A stretch of 60,874 nucleotides of DNA, the filler included. It is 7 parts of 7 records of this genome, joined end to end, with 100 filler letters (N's around TTAATTAATTAA, not from the genome) between each part and the next. Parts side by side here need not be neighbours in the genome. Positions count along the whole stretch, not along the records: positions 43,476 to 49,206 come from SRR2962707_3624; positions 49,307 to 60,874 come from SRR2962707_3625; 5 more parts are not named here. One strand, given 5' to 3'. The translations under genes were made by a program, and so were the position numbers. The stretch's first letter is position 1. Every line of letters starts with the position of its first letter. The notes under the pieces are model-generated. The model did not search any database and was not told where the DNA came from. It was given only the letters and a program-made list of their open reading frames with translations. Below, piece after piece: positions 43,573 to 56,100 of this stretch.

Positions 43573-46500
43573 ATGGCGGGCAGCAGCTCGTGGACGCGGC
43601 ACGGGGCCGGGCTTGGGTTGTTGTTCTTGACCGTCACGATGTTGCTGAAGGCGTCCCTCCGCAGCACAGGGAGTGCCGTGGCGCCGGGCCATCACGTTTA
43701 TGGGCGTGGACTGCACACGGCGCCAACTGAATACAGCCCGCTGAGGAGGTGGCTGCAAGAAGCGACGGGCAATGGCAGCGAGGAGGCAGAAGGTGACGAC
43801 TCGGTGGTGCTCAATCCAAGCGCGACCATTGACGGCTACGAACTGGATACGGCCAATCGGACATGCAATTTCACGGTGAACTACAACACCACCTGGTCCC
43901 TACGGGAGCTCGTGCCCGCTGGCAGCGCTGAGGAGGGCGCGCCGGCAGACGAGTGGGTGGACGCTGCGGAGTTGTACTTGGAAACGCTGGACCTCGAGCT
44001 TGTGAACTTTACCAATGGTGCGGGTGCAGCCTGTCTGCCATTCTTTTTTCAGTGCATTCGCCCTGGGGTCGGAGACCTTTTGCCCGTGTGCCCACGCGCG
44101 TTTGCGTGGCTCCGTGTTTGGGTTTTTGTAGGCACCTTCATCTGCGACAAAGAGTTTGAACACATGCCGGCCTGGGAGATGGTGCTGTGGCTTTTGCTGC
44201 TGCTGTACCTCTTTCTCGCACTTTACATCATATGCGATCATCACTTCGTCCCCGCACTCGAGGTGCGAAGCAGTCTGTGATTCTCAGGGATCGAGCCACT
44301 CAGCGCAGCTTTGCATGGTTGTCCGCTGACTTTCGTTGCTTGCGGTGTGCCCGGATGTCTCGGCCGTGATTGCGTGCAGGTGGTTGGCAACGCGCTACGG
44401 TGGTCGGAGAGTGTGCAAGGTGCGACGCTGCTGGCTGTAGGATCGTCCTTCCCAGAGTTTGTGACCGCGCTGGTTGGCGTGATATTTTTCCCCGAAGACA
44501 ACCCCGGTAGGTTTTGCTATGCGCTTGCGCCACGTGGTGGTAGCGTCGTAGTGGTCGGTGCAGCGCAATGGTGGGATTCTGACACTTCAAGATTTTGCTA
44601 TTGGCTCAGGACCGTCCACAAACATTGGTTCTGCTGTGTTCAACGGATGCATCATTATTGGATGCTCCATGATCTTTTTGCCGCGGGCGAAAGGCGGTTG
44701 GAAATTGCAGCCAAAGCCCTTCTTCCGTGACGCAGGTGCTTTTGCCATTGCTGCCGTTTGCACGTATGTCGTGTACGAAGTCTGGACGCCAAAGGAGCTG
44801 TACTGGTAAAGAGGAAAAAGCAACTGTCTTTTCTGTGAGCCATGTTTCAGGAAGTGAAACGTGTGCTTGTGCGAACCATGCAAGCAGTCAACAGCGAAGT
44901 TGTGTGCTTATTGCGCCCTTGCAGGTATGAGTGCCTCTTTCTGTCGTTGGTCTACGTGGCGTATGTTGTGACCCTCATCACCACCGATAAGTGCCTTTCA
45001 CCACCAGTCTCCGACGAAGAGAGGGAGTTCATTGAAGCGGCCACAGCAGCGGCCGTTGTTGGCAGCCGCGCATCCATGGTCGTGTTTCGGTACGCTCCTT
45101 CCAGCCTTGCGGCAGCCTGATATTGTTGTGTGTTTGTGGTTGGATCCATCAGAATCACGTGCACGTCACGTTATGTTGAGCTGATCATCGCGCCTTGCCA
45201 TGCAATAGCCGTTTTGAACCCCCAGACCCGCTGTTGAACTTTCGCCGAAAGAGCGACTGGTTTCGCTCAGATTCGCGCGGCACAATCAGCTTTGGCGCAG
45301 AGAAACCCCAGTCAACGGAGGCACGTTTGCCAACCTGCTTTTGCGCAATTTTTTCTCCCGCTGGGTCGGGCGAATTGCTGCTGCTGCAGGTTTTGCGGGC
45401 TGAGGTTAATTTTGTGAATGTTATGCGGGCCTGCTCTTTTCAGGTGAAGCGCCGCACCTGGTCTCCCGGTGATAAGCCGACTATTGAGCTTGACGAACAT
45501 ACGGTTGAGATCGAACTGTCGGATGTACGTCGCCCTGCACACGGCTGTGAGCAAGCACGCGCCCACACGCGCGCAACGTGCTACTGCAGTTGCACCCACC
45601 GTGCCCGTGCAGCAGGCCTCATGCATGGCTTCACGCATGGCTTATACTCGTGCTGCTGGTCTTGTGCGGAAGGTGTCTCCGAGCTCCTCTCCCAGATTGC
45701 CCGGCGAGTTTGCGGACATGAGCCACGCAGTTGGCTCAAGTGACATTGTCGAAGTGCCAGAGAAAAAGCTCAAAGGAGCGGAACACGGTTCGTGCGGGAG
45801 TTTTGGGCAATCGGGCCCGCCTTTTTTCGAAGGGACCATCGGTAAATTACTCCTGGGGTAATTGCACAGGCGGACATCGTGGTGTCGACGCGGCCCCGAA
45901 CAAGCTAAAAAAGAAGCGCAGTGCCGGCAAATGGATGTACCTGGTGCGAGTTTGTGACTGAGTAGCGTGTGCGAGGCATGTCTGGAATTGCGCTTTCGTT
46001 CTCTGACGGTCAATGTGACTGTTCCATGCCAGATTCTGTCTGCACCGATCTCTTTCAGTCTCAAAATCACCATTCCTCAGCCTCGCGCCCTGGGAAAGTG
46101 CCCCGCTGGATGCATGACGGTGCGTTTTTTCTCGCGTCAAGTCATGCCCAGCCGTGCTGTCGCGTCGTGTCGTGTCGTGAGCTGATCTCGGTTGCTTCTA
46201 TTGCGTCATTCATAGGCACTCAGCTGTTTCATGAGCATTTGCTGGCTGGGCTTCATTACGTGCGTGCTGCCCACAGCATGCTGGCTGCGCGGATACACGC
46301 TATTGCACTGGTCGCTGCAGACGACTAAAATGCTAAGTGCACCTTGACCCGTTGTCCTAGGTACTTTGTCGTCGAAATCGCCCAAGACGTATTTTTGGAC
46401 TTAGGCCTGGGTGCCGAATTTCTTGGCCTGACGGTGCTTGCTGTCGGATCATCGCTGCCGGACTGTCTCAGCTCGATCATTGTTGCGCGGCAAGGCCGAA

Positions 46501-46962
46501 TCGACATGGCCGTAAGTTTGCTCATCTCACCGTGATCTGCTTGAACCGCATTCGTACCTGAGCACTATTGATGACAAGAGTGTGCGCACTGTCAGGTGAG
46601 CAACGCCCTGGGATCAAACGTCTTCGACTTCCTCTGGTGCATTGGCTTTCCGTTCATGGTGCAGTCTCTCATGGCACAGGAAGCCGTTTTTGTGCCGATC
46701 GGCGACTCCTTCTTGTACTTGTTGGTGTCATGCTTTGTCAGTGCCGGGCTGACGATCTTCAGCGTTGCAGTAGGATGCATGCGTGCAACTGTGTAAGTGT
46801 TTTCGTCTTTATGCAGCGCCTGTCGATGCGCGTGGCCACCTAGTCATAGTGCTCTCTGTCGGTTGTGGCAACAGGTATCACGGCGTTGTCCTTGTCCTTG
46901 CATACGTGGCTTTTATTACGACGTACGTGTTGTTATTTGGGATAAAAGCTGCGGGGGACTGA
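43573..46962 (+). CDS. K+-dependent Na+/Ca2+ exchanger (NCKX/SLC24-like, CaCA superfamily), multi-exon
   Basis: ICDHHFVPALE, alpha-1 repeat GATLLAVGSSFPE, NIGSAVFN, alpha-2 repeat GLTVLAVGSSLPD...ARQGRIDMA|VSNALGSNVFD; N-terminal signal-like segment. Confidence 0.9.
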
Positions 46963-47079
46963 TGCGTTGCCACCGAATGTCCAGGTGAACGCATCGCCAC
47001 ACAGACGTTTGCGCGGTCGAGCCACGGAGGCTGCGCCGGCGGGACGTCAATACCCTTCCTTAACTCAACTCAACTTATC

Positions 47080-49115
47080 TTAGTGAATGTGTTGCTCAAT
47101 ATCGCCCAGTACGAAAGGCTCGGGCTGCGCGCGCGTGCGTGGTCCACGGGGATGCTTGCGTATAATCCATACACTCGGGCCATCGACCTCGTCATCGGCG
47201 CCCTCTTCTTCTTCTTCCTCGCCACCAGAGTCACCTCCGTCGGTGTCTCCTGCATGTTCAAATCAAAATCGTAAATCGGCGCTCAATTGACAAACTCCGG
47301 GCAAACTCTCCCTTCCACGGCGCCCCGCGCCATACGGCTCACCTTGACTCGAGTGCACGTCAATTGTCCAACGAGCACCGTGCTTGTCTACAACATCTGC
47401 AGAAAAATAAACAGCGGACAAAAGCCAAACGTAAGCACTGCCCAAGAGCTACGACCCACGCACGAAACCGGTCAAGACCATCCAAACCTGATGTGTTGCC
47501 AGACAAAAGTGCCGGTACCAAGCTCTCCTCAAGCCAGTTTCGCTCATGCGCCATTGCCCCTGAAACGAAAAGAACAGCGGTTCAATTTTAATATTGCGCG
47601 CAACGCCGAGCAGCCACTTCGAAACAGACGTTCGGCTGGCACCTGACGCACCGGCCACTCCCATGTGTGACATCAGAACAATGCTACCCCCAGTGTTGAG
47701 AAGCCGCGCGGCCTGGCGGTGAACAAAACGCCAGGCAAATACCCAATGACTTGCCCAAACCAACAGAGCGCGTGGCAAGTGAAACCCTGCCAAGCGACGG
47801 ATTGTTGACGCCATGAACTTGCCTCAGTGAAATACTGGCGGACGCCGCCAAACCGCGCATCTGGATCCTCCTCGGACAACCTATTTTGAATTGGCGCCAA
47901 AATCAAACCGCTGCAGCCGTGGGATTCGTGGCATTCATTCAATTGCCCGACGCGTTTCAATGGCAACTCACATGGCGTCCATCGTGCCCTTGTCGATGAT
48001 CAGGTCGAAGTGCGTCGGCGGAAAGTGTCGACCGAGTTGTCGGCAGTCGCATTCCGTCAGTGCAATGGAACCGGGGGCAGCCGCCGGCGCAGGCTGCTGT
48101 GCGGCCTGGCTGCCGTCCTTACGCTCGCCCGCCACCGGCTCCGTCCACAAGCATGGAACACCAGCAGCTTTGGACTTGGCTTCAAAAGCCACGAGCGCCA
48201 TCTTTGAAAAATCGCATGCATGCAGTTGTCCTGCAGCAACCATTCGCACGCATGGCACGTGCACGCACACGACACGGGTTCAGTCAGCGCTCAATGCTTC
48301 CTGCCAATCCCGACGCAGCTATTTGAGCCGGCCAACGCCCAAGAAATGCCTCCGACCAGGCAGCAAATGCGGCATTCATCCCACTGCCCAGCGACCACTG
48401 CTGATACTTGGTGGAAGGTCCACACACACCCACGCAATTGGTCCATCAACCACGCGAGCAAAATACACGCACACACACACACACACATACACACACGCCT
48501 GCCCACCAACACGTCCACGTACCTACCTCTCCAGCCATCGCGCGCCATGTCGGCGAGGAACGGGCTGTTTCCGCAGCCCACGTCAAGCACCGCCACCGCC
48601 TCCTTCTGCAGCCGCCCTTGGCCCGAAGCACCCGCAGCAGGAGGCCGCAGGCACTCGCCCAGCAGCAGGAACTTGACGTTCTCGTAGTTGAAGAACCACT
48701 CGTCAGTTTCTTCTTCCTCCGCCTCCTCCTCATCATCATCTGCTGCTGCATCGTGTGCTGCATCTTGTGCTGCACCATCTTCATCCTCTACTGCAACTTC
48801 TGCTGCATCTTCTTTGCCTCCAGCGATAGCAGTAGCAGCAGCAACAACAACATCAGCAGCAGCGGTAGCGTGCGCCTCAGTCTCGCCGTTGCTCGCGCTA
48901 AAATCGCTAGCACTCCTCCTCGTCTTTCGAGCTGCTGCTGTTCTTTTCGCGGGTGGCGGCTCCGCAGTCGCTGCTTTTGCAGCAGCTGCTGTCTGAGCGC
49001 TGAGGACTTTGCGCTTGTACCGCCGCTCCCAGTAGTCTTTCGAGGCGTAGCTTCGAGCCTCATTTGCGGCGGTGGCAGCAGCTGCCGCCTTCTGAGGGGG
49101 CGGAGCGGACGGCAT
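47080..49115 (-). CDS. Class I SAM-dependent methyltransferase (EEF1AKMT4/METTL13-N/CSKMT-like), multi-exon
   Basis: YASKDYWERRY, DEWF, VLDVGCGNS, CDFS, FDLIIDKGTMDAM, RLLNTGG. Confidence 0.85.
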
Positions 49116-49206
49116 GTCAGCGGCGGGAGCGGGCACGCGGGAAGGATGAGCAGGGAGGAAATGGAACAGAAGAGAAACAGAAACGAACCGAACCAAAAAA
49201 AAAAAA

Positions 49207-49306
49207 NNNNNNNNNNNNNNNNNNNNNNNNNNNNNNNNNNNNNNNNNNNNTTAATTAATTAANNNNNNNNNNNNNNNNNNNNNNNNNNNNNNNNNNNNNN
49301 NNNNNN
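49207..49306. other. Artificial contig spacer
   Basis: Same linker. Confidence 0.99.
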
Positions 49307-49454
49307 TGTGTGTGTGTGTGTGTGTGTGTGTGTTCCCCTCCTTGTTTGGCATCCCGATTGGAATCTTGTGCTTTATTTTCGCTTCGATTTTGGAAGTTGG
49401 CTGCCTTTGTGTGCTGGAGCGCTCGCGCAGTCTATACAAGGGGATTCGTTCAGG

Positions 49455-52400
49455 ATGAACGTGCCCGGCCTGACAGCAAGGCAAGTGGCCGAGCAGGTGA
49501 TTGCAACTTGCGCCACGTTCCCACGGAGCCACGAGACCAGCGAGGATGCCTGTGCCATTAGCCTGCTTGTTCAATTCAACCAGTGGGTGCAGACCCGCCG
49601 AGATCCGAACCTCCGGGCGTTCCTCGACGAGGCCTTCCCGCCGGCCTTCAGTGGTGGCGGTCGTGGAGCCTCGTCCATTGTGCAGAAGTTCGCGAATCAG
49701 TGGCAGGTCAACCAGGCTGTCGCGACGAAGACACTCCTGGACTTTTTCGAAAACTGGACAGTCTGCCAAGACCCTATTCTTGTGGTGGCACGCACGGACT
49801 CCGAGCGCCCGTGGTTGGGTGGCGTCGGCACTGACGACAAGAACAAGGGAGAACAGTTCGTCCCCGGTCATGAACTGGAAAAATACACGAAAAACCTGTG
49901 CCGCTGGATGTTGGACCAGGGTTTGTTCGACTATCGCCGCGGAGTTGGCAGCCACGCTCGCAACTTCGCCAAACAATTGGTCGCTTTCGCGCAGGACGTC
50001 TACGTCAACCCGAACTCCATCGTTGAATCGAAGTGGAGTGTCGAGGTCTCCACGGCTCCGCCCACCGCGTCCCGGGCGCAGCGGGAGCGCGGTGAGTGGG
50101 AACCTGCGTGCCAAGTGACCGAGCGAACGATTGATGGCCGCGACTTTGCCGAGGTGCAGTTGCACTCGGCGGTTTACTGCAATTCGCCCGAACCCGTGAC
50201 GGTCCCCTCGAACCGAGTGCGCGACCGTCCTGAGGAAACGTACAAGCTGATGGAGGTTGTTGCGCGCGGGCCGGACCAGTCCCGCGGCATTTACGTGCCC
50301 CAGTACATGGCGCTGCAGGTCATCGAGCAGGAGCAAGTCGTGGCTGCCATGGCCAGAATCCAGCGCCGCTCGTTCGCTCAACAAGTCAAGGCGAACAAGC
50401 AGAAACGCCATGCTGGCGAGCTCGAGTCCGCCACGATGAAGCGGGCCCGCCGCCCCGGGCACGAGATGGACGGGCTCTCCGATGACGAAGGCGCTGAACC
50501 CCACTCCTCGCAGCGTCCCACACGCCGCAAGTTTTCTGTTGCGGAGCTGGACACTGCTCTAGAAATTCTTGACGAGGCTAAGTGGAAGCGCGGTCGGCGC
50601 AACATCAGCAACGCCACGCAAAAGCTGTGGCGGGACATGGAGACGGTTCTTGAGATGATGAAGATGCACAACCTGGCTATCACCCCTGCCATCACTCGCG
50701 CCAAAACGGACGCGCACATCAAAGTGAATGTGGGGCGGCTCGGCAAACATGTCCGTGGCCTAGTCGAAGACGGGGTCGTACGTGAGGTCCCGAGGTTTTC
50801 GCGCACCAAGAGCGAGCACAATGTTCATGGTGGAAACCCCGACCACCACCACCATGACACGGAACACCACGTGGGTAGCGACCACCACGTCGTTTCCGGC
50901 CATCACGTCACTAGTGATCACCACCTCGGTGGCGACCACCACGGGAGTATTGCGGGTATGCCGGTTGCTTCCTCCGATGCGCCGGGCACGTCGTCATCAT
51001 CGTCATCGTCTTCGGGCACAGGTTCTGGGCGGCGCAGTTTTGTCCCCGGAGAGCTTGATAATGCGCTAGAGATCATCGATGAGGCTCGGTACAAACGAGG
51101 TCGCCGCTTGCGCAGTCTGACTCGAAAGTTGTGGCGAGACATGGAGACTGTCGTCGAGTTGATGAAGGCGTCGGGGCTGTCCATTTCGCCCGCCATTCGA
51201 AAGGCGAAGGCCGAACACGGTCTGAAAGGCAATGCAGGTCGCCTGAGCAAGTACCTTCGGGCACTCCTGCTCGAACAGCAACTTTGTACTGGCGCAGACG
51301 ACAAGGCCGGTGCCTCGGGCAGTCTCCTTCACAGCGAAGAATTCTATGCGTGCTGTGAGGCCCATATCGAGGCGCTTGATAGCACCAGCGACATGATTTC
51401 TGTGTCAGACTTTGCCAAGTGGGTCAATGAGGAGTTGCTCCCGCAGTATTTCGCTCCCCACCGCGTCGAATCCCGTGCCAAGGCTCGAGCAGCACGTGCA
51501 GGCATCAAAGACCCTATGGAGCTTCAGAGAATGGTATCGACCGCATTGGAGAATCGCATGACTGCCATGCAAGACCGCCGCATCTCCGCTCGCACGGCGC
51601 GCGAATGGCTACTGAAATTGGGGATGCAATTCGACAAAGTCGCCCAAATGTGGCTGAAACCAGGTAATCGCAACGCTGGTGGCAAAGGTTCGCGGGGCCG
51701 TGGAAACCGCACACCTCGCGGTTTGCGTCGCCCGGGCGAAGAGGCGGAGCCCAGTGGGCGGAGTGGCCGCCGCAGCTTCTCAGTGGCTGAGCTTGACAAC
51801 GCGCTGGCACTCATCGACGAGGCGCGCTTCAAGCGAGGCCGCGGTGATCACATCACGCGTGGCACGCGAAAGCTGTGGCGAGAGATGGAAACTGTGGTTG
51901 AGATTATGAAAGCAAACAACGTGTCCATCACGCCGGCCATCTCAAAGGCCAAGCTCAAAGTTAACGTCGGTCGCTTGGGCAAGTTCGTCCGCACATTGTT
52001 GGAGCAGGGTGTGTGCCAAGAAGTTCCCAAGTCTGCCCGTACGTGGCCCACTGACCTGAAATGTTGCATTCACAGCCTGTTGCATGCCTGTTGAGTTTCG
52101 CTTGCATAGATTGAGTCTGATATTCCCTCTTGAAAATTTCGCGTGCGCCGCATGCAGGTGGACGCCCAAAGGCGACGGCAAACCCTGACAGTGCCTCTCT
52201 CCAACTTCCTGAAGCTGATGTCGTGCCAGCTGCGCCTTCGCGCCCGCGGAAGAAAGGTCGCCGCACATTTTCCGCCGCAGAGCTAGATAGCGCCTTGGAC
52301 ATGATCGACGAGGCAAAGTGGAAACGGGGTCGCCGCACTGTCCGTGCGTCTACGCAGAAACTGTGGCGCGATATGGAAGCCGTGATCGAGCTCATGAAGG

Positions 52401-52903
52401 CGACCAGTCTCTCGATCACCCCGGCTATCGCCCGTGCCAAGGCTGAACTTGGGCTCAAGGGCAATGCGGGGCGGCTCAGTAAGAGTTTGCGGACGCTGCT
52501 GCTCGACCATCAGCTGTGCACTGGCACAGAAAGCGGTTCGGCCAAAGGCAGCCTGTTGCACTCCGAGGAGTTTTTCATGTGCTGCGAATCCTACGTGGAC
52601 GCTCTGGCCAATGCCAACGCTTCTATTTCCGCCGCCAACTTCGCCAAGTGGGTGAATGAGGACCTGCTACCACAGTACTTTGCTCCTCACCGTGTAGAAG
52701 CTCGGGCCAAGGCTCGGGCAGCCCGCCTTGGGGTCAAGGACCCTACGGAAGTGCAGAAAATCGTTGAGTCTGCATTGGAAGCAGGACTTGCTCCCACCGC
52801 CGTGCAGGAGCGACGCATTTCCGCGCGTACAGCGCGTGAATGGCTACTGAAGCTTGGCATGCAGTTCGACCAAGACGCACACATCTGGCACAAGGGCCAA
52901 TGA
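49455..52903 (+). CDS. Putative DNA-binding protein with four ~75-aa basic helical repeats and two transposase-like winged-HTH modules
   Basis: Intron 52039-52157 (GTACGT...CAG) joins the ORFs in frame. Repeat RRxFSxAELDxAL..IDEA..KRGR...KLWRDME occurs 4 times; SLLHSEEF...FAKWVNE.LLP...ISARTAREWLLKLGMQF occurs twice. The 5' end may be missing. Confidence 0.75.
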
Positions 52904-53197
52904 ACAGTAGGTGCGGCGTGCCTTTGACCCGCTCAGTGTTGGGCGAGGTTTGTGAAAAACGATTTTGCAGCAATGTTTGAGCAAGCAGCCTTTTCCAGAT
53001 GCCTACGTTGTCTGCCGGTATTAATATTTCGTTTGAAAAATAATTGAAAATGGAAATACAGCTTACTTGCGTTTCTTTATGATTCATCCATGGGTCAACG
53101 ATAGTTCTACTGATCAAACCCCAAGTGCATGCTTCCGCGCCTTTCGTTTCCCAGTGTGTTGCGCGTTTAGTGGGTTTGCCGGTGGCAGCAGGACGGC

Positions 53198-56100
53198 TTA
53201 TTTTTTTAGTTGCATCCTTTCCGAGTCTAGTTCAAGGAACGTCATGAACACAGAGCCCGAGATATGCTCGTGCAGCGTGCCGGCCATGTGGATGAATAGC
53301 TTGCTGAGATCAGCATTCGAAAGCGAGTCTGGACGGTTTGCATAGCATACAACAACAGCAAAAGCAACAAGTGTGGTGCTGTTTCAGCAACCAAGAAAAA
53401 AAACGAGGAAGATAGAAATCCGATTGGCACACTCAGCACCCGTACCCATGCCAAGTCGAAGATCGACCCGAATCACTTCGCAAAACTCTTCAAAGTCCAA
53501 CTCTCCGTTTCCGTCGATGTCTGCCTTAACAAACAAATCGCGAATGTTCATCCCAGAGCGAGATTGAAGCTTGTGCTGTGCACTCCACAACAACGTGCGG
53601 AATCTCGAAATGTCCTGGTGCGTCATGAACAGCAACAAAACGGTCATTTTCAAAGTGAAATGTGCGAGGCTGTCGACACATCATGGCATTCACACAAAAG
53701 GTCAGTCATTAGAACAGAGCCTCAGTACATACTTTATCGACTGTTTCGACAAAGTTGACCATTTCATCAAAAGATATCGTCCCCCCTTCGTCAGCATCGA
53801 TGCTGCGAAACACCCCTTCCAAAACTGCGTCAGGTACCTGTGAGAGGATGGGTGCCGACACGTGTTCATCAGAGAGGATGGGTGAGTGCTGCAATAACTC
53901 GCCACAAGAAGCACAACTCACTTGATCACGACCAATGCCGAGGTCCTTTCTGCAAAGTGTCAAGAAAGCGCTCCACGACAGCTCGGCATCATGGTTGTGG
54001 TCATGTGCATTGAAGAGGAGCCTTAAGCCCGTGGTTGAGGCCTTGATGGATCGACGGAGATGCTCCCGGCAAAGAGCACACGCAAACTCAGTAACAGAGG
54101 CCATTTCTCGCGCGGCTTCGTCCTAACACGGAGTACAACACGCGCACACGACTCAGCCTTCCAGCCTTGTATTGCAACATTGCTCTGCAATCTGAAAGTA
54201 CAATAGCATAACCACGTGAGCAACAAACCTTGCCGGACAAGAACTCAAGGAACTCTTCCAGTTCAATGGTCCCACTTCCGTCCAAGTCAATACAGGTAAA
54301 CACCGTCTACCAGCGAGCAAATATCGATCACCGCGACCAGGGACGGTCAAGAACCATTTGAAAAGAGCAATGAGGTACACACATCATTGTGGGAACTGTG
54401 GAGAGGTCGAAAACAAAAGTACCTGTAGCTTCTGGTCAGATATGTTTGCTGGCATGATAAGTAGTTCTTGACGGACAAGGTGACTGAATAGAGTAAACGT
54501 ATACCGCCCCGTCCCAGTTTTGTCCCATTTTCGGAAAGCTTGCGCCACGCTAGACCGAGCCTTTGTGGTTGGATCTCTCTGCTTTATCTTCTTGCAGGCC
54601 ACCTGCGAATTTCAGCATCCAAAAGAACAACGCATAGTCAAGACACTTTGCAACCCAGACCAAATTGGTGTCTCATTGCCTTCCCCGCTTTCTTGGCAAA
54701 GCTGACCAACCTGCAGTTTTCGGCGCAAATCGGAAATTATTCTCTTGTCAACATCTTCACCCCGAAGGCTGAGAACGGGTGCTTGTTTCGTGTAGGCTTG
54801 CTTGAACCGATTTGCTCGGATGGACGGAAGATTTCGTGTCCGGACTCGGCGGCGGGCCTAGTAAACGACGCAGAAACATTATATATTTGGATTTCATAGC
54901 ACCTCCTGCTTTTTTGGCTTTTTCTTCAAGCAACAGTACAGTTCTAACCAACGACGCACTTGACCCTTTGACAGGAGCTCAGCAATTTGTGAATGCCCGT
55001 TTTTCCTTGCAATAGCAAGTGGAGACATACCTAGCCGCGCCAAAAGAAGTCACAACGAGCACGAGCAGCACGGGCATATCACCTCAAGCAGGTTCCGGTA
55101 CAGGCAGCCAACCTTACCCCATGCTTGCCCAAGCGTTGAATCAACCGAATGACAAGCAACCATTGCTTTCACAATCTCGTAGTGCCCTCGCTGAGTCGCC
55201 TTTAGGCGTAACATGAGCAAAGACCATGAAATATTGTTGACATCAGTATGACGCAGCACAAACCTCACCGCACGCAACTTACCCAGTGCAAAGCCGTATA
55301 ACCAAATTTATTCGTCGCGTTAAGATCAATGCCATACTTTGTAGCATTTTGGAGGATCAATTTTACCTAAAACCGGTAGTAACGTGCAGCATCATGCAAA
55401 GCTTTTGTCTGAGAACGACCGAATCGCGAATGCCACGTGCACATACGTCTCCAAGAAACAGTAATACTGAAATACGCAGTGCCACAAGCACAACATCCCA
55501 GGCGCCTATGCCAACCTCATCAACACGATTTTCCCACGTGGCTTCAAACAGTTGCTTCGATGTGAAAAATTCCGCTCCGTAGCCAGTACTATCTTTGTTG
55601 GAACCACTCACTTGTTGTATGTCTGGTGTGAGCGTGTCTGGCATTTTGCTGGCACTGCTCGTCGTCGTTGCTGTAACTACTGCTGTGCTATCGTCCGTCA
55701 CACTCAATGTGTCTTGCTCAGCCGCTTTAGCCTGTGATAGAACAGCTGCCCTTTCCAATGTTGTATTGGCACGATTGTTATCGGCCTGCAGTGCGGCGAC
55801 GCGCGCCGATCGATCCTCTGCTACAACCTGTTTTAAGTCCTGTACAACTGCGGCGGAAACGAGTCCAGCTTGATACCTAGTAGAGAAGAGCCTTAGTAAT
55901 TACCGACTCACTCACTCATTCTGAGCGACAACAAGGCCCTTGACCACACCGAACCAGAACTTACAGACTACCAACAAGAAGAAAGCGAAATTCCACTGGA
56001 ATTCGCCCGGATACAATGCACGAACGAATAGGATCTCCAGGTTCATCTGTGGCCGCTTCATTCTTCAAATCCTTTGACAAAGTTTCAAAATCAATCATTT

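Noticed and set aside
7118-49306. Six regularly recurring TTAATTAATTAA motifs flanked by N
   Set aside because: Artificial six-frame-stop linkers. They are not a biological repeat or CRISPR, and adjacency across them carries no synteny information.
17042-49335. (CAA)n, (CAG)n, (TG)n and poly-A/T runs at contig ends as telomeres or TE ends
   Set aside because: Ordinary microsatellites where short-read assembly breaks; some encode polyQ/polyA.
49307-52903. Active DNA transposon
   Set aside because: No DDE catalytic region, TIRs or TSD seen.
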